From: a virus | DNA length: 38,335 nt | IMG/VR virus record: IMGVR_UViG_3300017998_000006 | Strand: one strand, 5' to 3' | Program-made: the position numbers and the translations under genes | Notes under the pieces: model-generated | Database searches by the model: none | What the model saw: only the letters and a program-made list of their open reading frames with translations | What the model was told of the DNA's origin: nothing | Part shown: in pieces, positions 1-6,672 of the stretch | How positions within the stretch are numbered: position 1 is the stretch's first letter | How the letters are laid out: each line of letters opens with the position of its first letter

Positions 1-123
1 ATACAAGATCCAATTGTTTTTAATACGGGGATTAAAATGACTTGGACATGCGGCGTTACTGCGCGCGTGAGCTTCTCTGGCACCTGTCTGCTGTTCGCGC
101 AAGCATGGTACTACACTGAGAAC
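1..123. repeat. Terminal direct repeat, copy 1 (identical to 38213..38335)
   Basis: atacaagatccaattg...gcatggtactacactgagaac read at both ends of the window, 123/123 identical; signature of a closed circular (or terminally redundant) assembly. Confidence 0.97.
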
Positions 124-126
124 TGA
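1..126 (+). CDS. 3' end (duplicate copy) of the junction-spanning DUF2961-like gene that starts at 36983; stop TGA at 124..126
   Basis: 36983..38335 is 451 codons without stop and ends flush with the repeat; after the repeat the same frame hits tga at 124..126 (C-terminus ...LLFAQAWYYTEN*). Confidence 0.8.
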   Translation: MQDPIVFNTGIKMTWTCGVTARVSFSGTCLLFAQAWYYTEN

Positions 127-133
127 GGCGAAC

Positions 134-670
134 ATGAAACGCTTATTGATCGGATTGATGCTTTGCGGAATGGCCCTGGCACAGACGCCTCCCGCTTCGG
201 TGACGGTTACTGTGAAATATGGAACCGTTCAAAAAATCTGGAACTTCGTCTTCGGGGCGCCATACACCATCACCGATCTGGAGTGTACGCAGCCGCCAGA
301 CGCGCCGGCGCCGGCGCCGGGAAGCACGATGCTGCTGCCAGGGGATTCTTCGACCTGTACCGTGACGATCAACCAAGCAGCCCCGGCCGCCGGACTCCAA
401 ATCCAGGTCACGATTCCATCGCCGCTTACAGGTGGCCCAACAGGCGGCGTACTGACAATCCCTTCCGCTGCAACTACAGGCACGTTCACGGTCACGTATT
501 CAGTGTCCGCGAATGCTCCAACAATCTTCATGGGCGAGGCAGTCGAGATCGTTGGTCCGGTAAGCGATGAGAGCTACCTCTCTCTATTCATCCCCTGTTG
601 CGCGCGCGCGGACCTATGCGGCCTTCCACTTGCCCAGGTGAGCCAGGAGCCATGTGTAGGGGCAGACTGA
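134..670 (+). CDS. Secreted protein with Sec-type signal peptide, function unknown (6th gene of the signal-peptide cassette)
   Basis: GAGG 6 nt before ATG; N-terminus MKRLLIGLMLCGMALAQTPP (basic n-region, hydrophobic core, small-residue site); T/V/P-rich beta-type body; Cys-rich tail FIPCCARADLCG..EPCVG. Confidence 0.7.
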   Translation: MKRLLIGLMLCGMALAQTPPASVTVTVKYGTVQKIWNFVFGAPYTITDLECTQPPDAPAPAPGSTMLLPGDSSTCTVTINQAAPAAGLQIQVTIPSPLTGGPTGGVLTIPSAATTGTFTVTYSVSANAPTIFMGEAVEIVGPVSDESYLSLFIPCCARADLCGLPLAQVSQEPCVGAD

Positions 671-676
671 AGAACC

Positions 677-1078
677 TCAGGCTCGATAGAACCTGAAAGG
701 CCCGATTTCAGCCGTTTGCTTTTCAGCAGTGGCCCAGTCTGGCCGCATGGCAAACGAAGCGCTCTCGTACATCAAAGCACCCCCAGTAGGGTCATCCCCA
801 GGAACATCCACCACCGCACAACAGGCCAACCAGGCACGCCAATCTCCAACATTGCGCCGATCTGGTAGCCGGGCCGCGTTCGGATCTTTCGGGTTGAAAC
901 TCGAGAACTGATACGGCCACAGTATCACCGAGGCCGGATCGCTTCCACGAAAACCAGTGGCCGCGCGATTCAGAATCACGTGGAGTACGGCCCGCTTCGC
1001 ATCGTCCGATTGGCCCCGTGCCTCTCGCCAAAGACAAAGAGCAGCAAGGAAGGGCTGGTAGGAGTCCGCGGCGCCCAT
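677..1078 (-). CDS. SleB-like cell-wall hydrolase (Hydrolase_2 family), probable endolysin
   Basis: LAALCLWREARGQSDDAKRAVLHVILNRA...ILWPYQFSSFNP matches the SleB/CwlJ-type pattern (E-A-R-G-[QE], V-x-x-NR, QFS); last gene of the minus-strand block, directly after a holin-like gene. Confidence 0.85.
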   Translation of the reverse strand: MGAADSYQPFLAALCLWREARGQSDDAKRAVLHVILNRAATGFRGSDPASVILWPYQFSSFNPKDPNAARLPDRRNVGDWRAWLACCAVVDVPGDDPTGGALMYESASFAMRPDWATAEKQTAEIGPFRFYRA

Positions 1079-1353
1079 TACTTCGTCGCCTCAGGCGGAG
1101 CCTGCGTAGTAGTTTTGCTCGTGGTTTCAGTCTGTGAAGACTGCCCGGGCTTGGCATCCCCCGCCTGCTCCGGCAAATGAGAGCCAGACTGCACGCCCAG
1201 TGCATTGTTCAGCGCTGCGATGATGGCCCCGATTATCATCCCCAAGCCAACGCCATATTTCGGTTCCCAAAAGAATGACGCCAGACCGATGATCGCCAAG
1301 ACGCCTAGACACTCTAAAGCGATCCACTGGTTTGAGTTCATTTTGGATGGCAT
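1078..1353 (-). CDS. Holin-like small membrane protein (2 TM + hydrophilic tail)
   Basis: TM1 WIALECLGVLAIIGLASFFW, TM2 GVGLGMIIGAIIAALNNALG, then charged/T-rich tail; TAATG 1-nt overlap with the hydrolase start at 1078. Confidence 0.55.
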   Translation of the reverse strand: MPSKMNSNQWIALECLGVLAIIGLASFFWEPKYGVGLGMIIGAIIAALNNALGVQSGSHLPEQAGDAKPGQSSQTETTSKTTTQAPPEATK

Positions 1354-1655
1354 GATGTTGTCTCCGGTGGTGAAAGATTAAACAACCGCCCAACGGTGTT
1401 GCGCCATTCCAGGGACTCGCTCGAGAACAGTTGGAGGGTCGTGTTTAGATCGGCCAGAACGCTCACAGCCGGCGCCAGGGCGTCGAGCACGGCTTTGAGG
1501 ACCCCGGAAACGTCGGCGGCAGCCTCGAGGAGCGCCCCATGGAGTAGGGGCACCAGGTGATCCTCCAAGGCAAACCCACTCGCCTGTGCTTCAGTGGCGG
1601 CCTGTTTAATCAGCGCCGTGAGATCGTCCTTCGACGGAATACCAGTCAGGCTCAT
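1338..1655 (-). CDS. Hypothetical Ala/Leu-rich helical protein
   Basis: 105-aa ORF, ATG start ATGA-coupled to the upstream 27-aa ORF; protein-like helical composition; 16-nt overlap with the holin-like gene. Confidence 0.6.
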   Translation of the reverse strand: MSLTGIPSKDDLTALIKQAATEAQASGFALEDHLVPLLHGALLEAAADVSGVLKAVLDALAPAVSVLADLNTTLQLFSSESLEWRNTVGRLFNLSPPETTSCHPK

Positions 1656-1735
1656 CTATGGAACCTCGCAAATGGCGTGTACAGAAACGCCATGAGCAGA
1701 ACCAGCATCCAGCGAAGCCGCTCAAAAGTGCTCAT
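1652..1735 (-). CDS. 27-aa hydrophobic peptide (below the ORF-track cutoff)
   Basis: Translated by hand: MSTFERLRWMLVLLMAFLYTPFARFHR*; its ATG overlaps the stop of 1732..1920 (ATGA) and its TGA overlaps the ATG of 1338..1655 (ATGA), filling the only gap in this gene chain. Confidence 0.45.
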   Translation of the reverse strand: MSTFERLRWMLVLLMAFLYTPFARFHR

Positions 1736-1920
1736 TTCCGCACGACTTTCTTGACCACCTTTTTAACTGTAGCCTTCGGGTGCTTGATCGCCTGCGCTAA
1801 AGTATTGGCGTTCACCACGATTGTAGTGATCGCCCCCGCTGCTGGCAGCACGTCCCTGACGAACTTAACCGCCAACAGCGGAGAGCAGAGCAATAACGCG
1901 ATAGCGACCGCCCGGCGCAT
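1732..1920 (-). CDS. Small N-terminally anchored protein with Lys-rich tail
   Basis: MRRAVAIALLLCSPLLAV (signal/anchor) ... KHPKATVKKVVKKVVRK; sits in the lysis-proximal gene chain. Confidence 0.5.
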   Translation of the reverse strand: MRRAVAIALLLCSPLLAVKFVRDVLPAAGAITTIVVNANTLAQAIKHPKATVKKVVKKVVRK

Positions 1921-1923
1921 CGG

Positions 1924-2289
1924 CTACGGAGTCGGGGGCGCGGGCGGCGTGACCGAGATCGCGGCGGCCTTGGTAACCAGCGCCGCAGAAGCGGCCTGAA
2001 TGCCATCCAAAGCAGCTTGATCCGCCGAAGACAGGGTGCCCGGCGAGTTCTGAAAATTGCTGATGAGGGTATCCAATGCGGCGATTCCCGCCACGACGGA
2101 ATCCAGGGTTGCGCTGATGGTGGTTAGAGCCACTTCCTCTTGTGCGGCCCAATCGGTGATCTTCGACATGATGTTGTTCTCCAGGGTTATGCTCAATGCA
2201 AGAAGCTTCTTGATCTCCCGCAAAGCGTTGTTGACGTTTTCGAGGACCGCTTGGCAGTCCCCGTCTATTCTTCGCAGCCAGTCGAACAT
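1924..2289 (-). CDS. Hypothetical helical protein ending in a PPAPPTP tail
   Basis: 121-aa ORF, coiled-coil-like A/L/I composition; C-terminus ISVTPPAPPTP resembles the tail of the upstream neighbour 2296..2724. Confidence 0.65.
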   Translation of the reverse strand: MFDWLRRIDGDCQAVLENVNNALREIKKLLALSITLENNIMSKITDWAAQEEVALTTISATLDSVVAGIAALDTLISNFQNSPGTLSSADQAALDGIQAASAALVTKAAAISVTPPAPPTP

Positions 2290-2295
2290 ACTGGC

Positions 2296-2724
2296 TTATG
2301 TGGTGGGCGCCGGCGGCACAGTAGGCGCCGCTGCTTTCACTGCCGGCGCGACGGCCTTGATGTCCGCGACCAACTGCGCGTCCAGCGCCACGTTGACGAA
2401 TCCTCCGGCAGCAGCTTTTTCCGCGTCCTCGATGGCGACGATAGCTTTAGCGAGCACTGCCTCCGCCGTGCGCTCAATGTTCACCAGTTGTGGACAGATT
2501 AGGCCGGTGATCGCCTCAATGGTGGGCGCGGCCTTATCCGCTTTTTCCAGGATCGGCAGAACATCGTTTTCAATGGACCGCCGGACTTTCTTCAAATCGC
2601 CAATGGCGACTGCATATGTGTGTTCCAACGTAAGAATGAGACTCATGGCCCAAGCATACACCCAGGAGTCCTCAACAGCAAGCCAACAGGGATTAAGGGA
2701 AGCCCGTACACGCCCTTCCGACAC
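2296..2724 (-). CDS. Hypothetical helical protein ending in a PPAPTT tail (distant paralog of 1924..2289)
   Basis: 142-aa ORF; ...MSLILTLEHT... aligns with ...LSITLENN... of 1924..2289; C-terminus AAAPTVPPAPTT. An internal ATG at 2646 is an alternative start. Confidence 0.6.
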   Translation of the reverse strand: MSEGRVRASLNPCWLAVEDSWVYAWAMSLILTLEHTYAVAIGDLKKVRRSIENDVLPILEKADKAAPTIEAITGLICPQLVNIERTAEAVLAKAIVAIEDAEKAAAGGFVNVALDAQLVADIKAVAPAVKAAAPTVPPAPTT

Positions 2725-2926
2725 GTTCCGAGGGGTTTAGCCCCGCCGCTTCAGGAGGCCCATCGAGGGAACCGAGGCGGCGGGGAGGTGGCGAGGCCAA
2801 AGCCTCAAGCCACAAATCTATTGTACCGCAAGCGCACTTTCGTTCAGTGCTGCCCAATTTTTCAGCGCGTCCGAAACCGCATTTTCCACAGGCTTCAACC
2901 ACCACGGGTTGTGGTTTTGCAGCCAC
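2693..2926 (-). CDS. Possible small zinc-ribbon protein (weak)
   Basis: GTG-start ORF, ACGKCG...CACG Cys pairs; no SD; second half is Pro/Gly-rich and overlaps 2296..2724 by 32 nt. Confidence 0.25.
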   Translation of the reverse strand: MAAKPQPVVVEACGKCGFGRAEKLGSTERKCACGTIDLWLEALASPPPRRLGSLDGPPEAAGLNPSERVGRACTGFP

Positions 2927-3271
2927 TCGGTGAAAAAGTTCGCAAGTCCTTTAGAATCGTCTCGGAAAGTTTACATAATAGCCGTTACAGGAAGGGAGGA
3001 GCTTACCACAAGTTCAGGTGGGATATAAGTGGTTATCGGACGGCTGAGCACCAGCCCTCACCAAGGTTTTCATCCCTTCGGCCTTGGCTGCCCTCCGCCC
3101 TGCGTTTTTAGCGGCCTTCCCGACTAAAAAGCTTTCGCTGTTCCCGTTTAGCTTCGCGGCGGGTGCGTCGCGTTACAACGCTCACCTTGGCAGGGTCCAC
3201 CATGCGAGCAAGCATTATCGTGGGGCGAAAACCACTGGTCCGGACTAGTTGATAATCCCGTCAAAGACATC

Positions 3272-3298
3272 CGCGTCTCGAACCCTTCAGGAGACGCG
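3272..3298 (-). terminator. Hairpin after the 3345..3542 gene (end of the structural operon)
   Basis: cgcgtctc (3272..3279) / gagacgcg (3291..3298), 8-bp GC-rich stem, 11-nt loop, about 50 nt downstream of the stop; no long U-tract. Confidence 0.45.
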
Positions 3299-3344
3299 AA
3301 ACCACAGCTTAAACCGAAAAGTCTACGCTGTCAAGCCCCGAATT

Positions 3345-3542
3345 TCAGCCGCCGATCAGCTTCAAGCCGGTAGCCGTTACCAGGATATCGGCCAGCAGCA
3401 AGCACGCGACCAAGAAGCACAGCAGCCGCGACCCCAGCACGTCAAAGGGGGGATTATTCGGCGGACGAAATACGGCGATCACCGCCAGCACAAACGCAAA
3501 GACCAGAAGAATCAGAGAGAGCACCTTGTTACCGCCTTTCAA
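3345..3542 (-). CDS. Small 2-TM membrane protein
   Basis: VLSLILLVFAFVLAVIAVF and LLCFLVACLLLADILVTATGL; follows the transglycosylase gene. Confidence 0.6.
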   Translation of the reverse strand: MKGGNKVLSLILLVFAFVLAVIAVFRPPNNPPFDVLGSRLLCFLVACLLLADILVTATGLKLIGG

Positions 3543-3554
3543 CCCCAGTATACG

Positions 3555-4076
3555 CTAAGCCGTGGCCCACCAGAGTAGCCCCAGCCCCGCCACGGCCAAG
3601 CCAACCCATACCCAGGGGCTTGTGCCCGAATCGCTCGAGAGATCTGGCAGCCCGTCCGTGAGATCCGCCATGATTCTATCCGAGGGTGTCGAATCCACGT
3701 TGATGCTTCCGAGGATGCTGGACGCGTAGGACTGCCCCGCCGCCAGATGTGTAGGCCCGGCATTGTAGGCCGCCAGCGCATCGCTCCAGTTCCCGAACTG
3801 CTGGTACAGCGAAGCCAGCAACGAAACGCCGCCCTCAACGTTCTGGGTGAGATCCGAGGCGTTGACGTTCAGCGCGGTTGCCGTCGCCGGCATGAGCTGG
3901 AAGACGCCAATCTCCCCGGCTGAGCCCACCGCGTTCTGGTTGAAGCTCGACTCCTTTTGCGCTACGGCAACAGCGATTGAAGGCGGTACGCCGAGCTGAT
4001 CCGCTACTGAGGTTATGAGGCTCTGAATGCTTGTGGAAGTCGCCCCGAGTCCCCGCCGCACTGTGCGCCAGTACAT
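3555..4076 (-). CDS. Lytic transglycosylase (SLT domain) with C-terminal membrane anchor
   Basis: AVAQKESSFNQNAVGSAGEIGVFQLMP and ALAAYNAGP = catalytic E-S and AYNAG motifs of family-1 lytic transglycosylases; C-terminal TM WVWVGLAVAGLGLLWWATA; N-terminal leader MYWRTVRRGLG. Confidence 0.85.
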   Translation of the reverse strand: MYWRTVRRGLGATSTSIQSLITSVADQLGVPPSIAVAVAQKESSFNQNAVGSAGEIGVFQLMPATATALNVNASDLTQNVEGGVSLLASLYQQFGNWSDALAAYNAGPTHLAAGQSYASSILGSINVDSTPSDRIMADLTDGLPDLSSDSGTSPWVWVGLAVAGLGLLWWATA

Positions 4077-4080
4077 GACG

Positions 4081-4623
4081 TCACTCCCCGGCCGGCCAGA
4101 GATACCCGATAAACCGGCTGTTGAAGTTCCCTGAGTTCTGCACGATCGCTATGGTCGTCAGAACCTTCAACTGGATCAGATCGGACGGTGCGAAGATCCG
4201 CGGCCGCGAGAACCGCCACGGAATCTCGTAGGATCCGATCGGCGCCAACTCCGCACCGAAACCCTGGACATAGCGCCCCGCGATCGCCAGAGCCGAAGGC
4301 GTCAAGGGGTTGTTCACATCCAGCGTCCAGATGATGTCACCGGAGCCAGGTATGAAGCCTCCCACTGGATCAAAGTTCCACATCACGCCCGTGAGCGCGA
4401 ACTGGTGGCCACTGGGTACCTGGTAGGACAGCAGCACGGTCAAGACTGTCGGAGCGGGCGCCGCCAGGGAGTTCGACACGTAAATGTCAATCGCGTTTTG
4501 CGACGGCGACAGCGACGGCCCGCAGACCGGATCGCGCAACCTTGGATCGCGCGGCAACATGGTAGCAACGGTGCTCACCTCTGGCACACCGTAAAGTGGC
4601 CTTCCTCTACGCATCGGACTCAT
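4081..4623 (-). CDS. Structural-module paralog (1 copy of the beta-module); putative capsid/vertex protein
   Basis: ATGA overlap with 4620..5219; module elements HQFALTGVMWNF / IIWTLDVNNP / RIFAPSDLIQLKVLT / SRFIGYLWP. The CDS is solid; the function is inferred. Confidence 0.55.
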   Translation of the reverse strand: MSPMRRGRPLYGVPEVSTVATMLPRDPRLRDPVCGPSLSPSQNAIDIYVSNSLAAPAPTVLTVLLSYQVPSGHQFALTGVMWNFDPVGGFIPGSGDIIWTLDVNNPLTPSALAIAGRYVQGFGAELAPIGSYEIPWRFSRPRIFAPSDLIQLKVLTTIAIVQNSGNFNSRFIGYLWPAGE

Positions 4624-5219
4624 TGGCAGCCCTCCTCACCAGCCGGCAATGGCTCCAGCGTGCCGATGACCAGCTCAACGCGCTGCTGAACTCCCACGAA
4701 TGCGCCGCCAGCATTTAGGTACCCTGCCGTGTTCCAGAGTTCAACCATGAACAGCCCCGAGCCGACGACCGGATAGGGCGCGCAGAGCAGGTTTGGAAAT
4801 GACCCCGCGATCACGAAGACGGCGCTGTAGTACGTCGGCTTGAAATTCGCAAGGAAAAGCGACGGCACCGGCTCATCGAACAGCTTGTGACCCAACGAGG
4901 TGTCCGTGATCTGCACGTTGAACTGAGGCGGGGTGATCGCCGTAAGGCCCGGAGGTAGCTCGCCACCAACTGACCCAACCAACTCCGCCGGCAAATAGAA
5001 TCCGTAAATCAGCGAGCCCGGCGTGATCTTCAGACCGTGCGATACATAGCCATTGGCCGGCATGACTTCACTTGGCGAATCCGGCGACTTGTACAGCCTC
5101 GGCCGGTAGCACAACTCGTCTGCCAACGGCGCCAGTTGCCGGATCGCGGCCGCATCGAACGATCCCCAGGTGTCGCGCGTCAAGGCGTCCAGACTCAGCG
5201 GGCTGATGGGCAGATTCAT
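4620..5219 (-). CDS. Structural-module paralog (1 copy)
   Basis: ATGA overlaps on both sides; FNVQITDTSLGHKLFDEPVPSLFLANF / PYPVVGSGLFMVELWN / RVELVIGTLEP. Confidence 0.55.
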   Translation of the reverse strand: MNLPISPLSLDALTRDTWGSFDAAAIRQLAPLADELCYRPRLYKSPDSPSEVMPANGYVSHGLKITPGSLIYGFYLPAELVGSVGGELPPGLTAITPPQFNVQITDTSLGHKLFDEPVPSLFLANFKPTYYSAVFVIAGSFPNLLCAPYPVVGSGLFMVELWNTAGYLNAGGAFVGVQQRVELVIGTLEPLPAGEEGCQ

Positions 5220-6178
5220 GGCAGCACCTTTACCCCAGTAAGCAACACCGGGAAGTCAAGCGGGGACTGGTTCGCATACGCGCCATCGGCACGCGTGAAA
5301 TCCAGGTACATGAACTGGCTTCGCTGGATGTAAATCTCCGGGTAGAAGAGCCCGGGATTCGACGGCCCGCAGAACTCGGCCAGCAGACCGTTTGTGAGGC
5401 TGCCACACGGGTACGATTCTCCCTGAACTCCAAAACCGTAAGCAGGTTGCCCAAGAGTCCCCTGACCCGGACGTCCAAACAGAATACTCGCATGCACCGG
5501 CAGATTCGAGTATGGCTTACCATCCGAATCACGCAGGGTGATTTCGACCTCGAAATAATCGGCGTTGTTGCCTTGCTGATTGTTGTCCGTGCCAGCCCGC
5601 CCACCCCTGAGAACAAAATCCGCATCGGGCTGCACGATGAAGGGAACGACCATCGGAGCCGTCGTGGTCACAGGCAACTGCAAGGCGATCACGGGATAGC
5701 AGTATGGCCGGATGGGGCCGTGCTGGGCCGCGTACGTAACCCCTTGGCGACTTCCCCATACGTAGAGTTTGACGCCCCGGAAATACAGCCGAACATTCGT
5801 GAGGGTGCCCAGCCCTGCGTTTTCCACGTCCACGTAGATGATGCCACCAGCCGGGTAGATACTCTGCGGGAATACCGGGGTGGGACTCCCCTGTTGACCA
5901 AAACAGTACGAATGCAAGGTTGCTGGAACCCTTTGCTGGCTGACGTAGTTCTCATCCGGCCCCGTGAAACTGGTTTTCAGAAACTGCAAGCCCGCCTGCA
6001 GGTTGCGAATGCCTTCTTGAATGCTCTGCTGTGGCTGCACTCTGAAAGCCCGCGACCGCAGAACAAATGGAGCGTCAAGATCGAGCACCAACGGCACCGC
6101 AGTTCTGATCTCACCAGGCGCGAGGCTCGCAATCCTCAACACGTAGTCCTGATGACGTTCCTGAAAACGAGGGTTCAT
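5216..6178 (-). CDS. Structural-module paralog with two tandem copies (double-jelly-roll-like?)
   Basis: Copy 1: DAPFVLRSRAFRV..YVSQQRVPATL..PQSIYPAGGIIYVDVEN..VRLYFRGVKLY. Copy 2: DADFVLRGGRAG..VEITLRDSDGKPYSNLPVHASILFG..PEIYIQRSQFMYLDF..FPVLLTGVKV. Confidence 0.6.
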   Translation of the reverse strand: MNPRFQERHQDYVLRIASLAPGEIRTAVPLVLDLDAPFVLRSRAFRVQPQQSIQEGIRNLQAGLQFLKTSFTGPDENYVSQQRVPATLHSYCFGQQGSPTPVFPQSIYPAGGIIYVDVENAGLGTLTNVRLYFRGVKLYVWGSRQGVTYAAQHGPIRPYCYPVIALQLPVTTTAPMVVPFIVQPDADFVLRGGRAGTDNNQQGNNADYFEVEITLRDSDGKPYSNLPVHASILFGRPGQGTLGQPAYGFGVQGESYPCGSLTNGLLAEFCGPSNPGLFYPEIYIQRSQFMYLDFTRADGAYANQSPLDFPVLLTGVKVLP

Positions 6179-6672
6179 AAAGCCCCCTCGTAACGCTTCA
6201 GGCCGTACAGCGTGATCTCAGGCAACTGAGCCGTGTTGTTCGGGTCGATGTTTTTGAAGGAGACCAAGATGCCTGACCCAGGGGGGCATTCAATCTCCGG
6301 CTCTATGGGCACCGGAAGACCACCAGCGGCGCTCCCGGACGGGTTGACATACTGAATGACGGGCACGTAGTCCGAGCTGAGCGCGTTTCCAAACGGATCG
6401 AAGAAGCGCACCAACAAGGTCACGGGGATGCCGCCAATACCAACGCCCAGATTCAACCGGACGCCCCGCCAGAGGAACTTCGAGCCGGTCTCAATCGCCA
6501 GGGGAATGTTTTCCTGAGTTGAAAGAACAGCGAGCGGTGAGTAAGCAGCATTGAACAGATCGTAGAAGTAGCTGAACGCCTGCTCCCGGCAGCCTCGTGG
6601 AGATGGATAAAACCACTGGGGCCGATAATCCACGCACCCGAGCACCGGAACGCCGATGAGAGAAGGACTCAT
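6175..6672 (-). CDS. Structural-module paralog (1 copy)
   Basis: SKFLWRGVRLNLG / LLVRFFDPFGNALSSDYVPVIQYV / PEIECPPGSGILVSFKN / LPEITLYGLKRY; ATGA overlaps on both sides. Confidence 0.55.
   Translation of the reverse strand: MSPSLIGVPVLGCVDYRPQWFYPSPRGCREQAFSYFYDLFNAAYSPLAVLSTQENIPLAIETGSKFLWRGVRLNLGVGIGGIPVTLLVRFFDPFGNALSSDYVPVIQYVNPSGSAAGGLPVPIEPEIECPPGSGILVSFKNIDPNNTAQLPEITLYGLKRYEGAL

Noticed and set aside
3272-3298. tRNA-like GGTTCGA strings (minus strand near 3280; plus strand near 13773 and 8236)
   Set aside because: No acceptor, D or anticodon arms can be folded around them. Two of the three lie inside well-supported coding regions.
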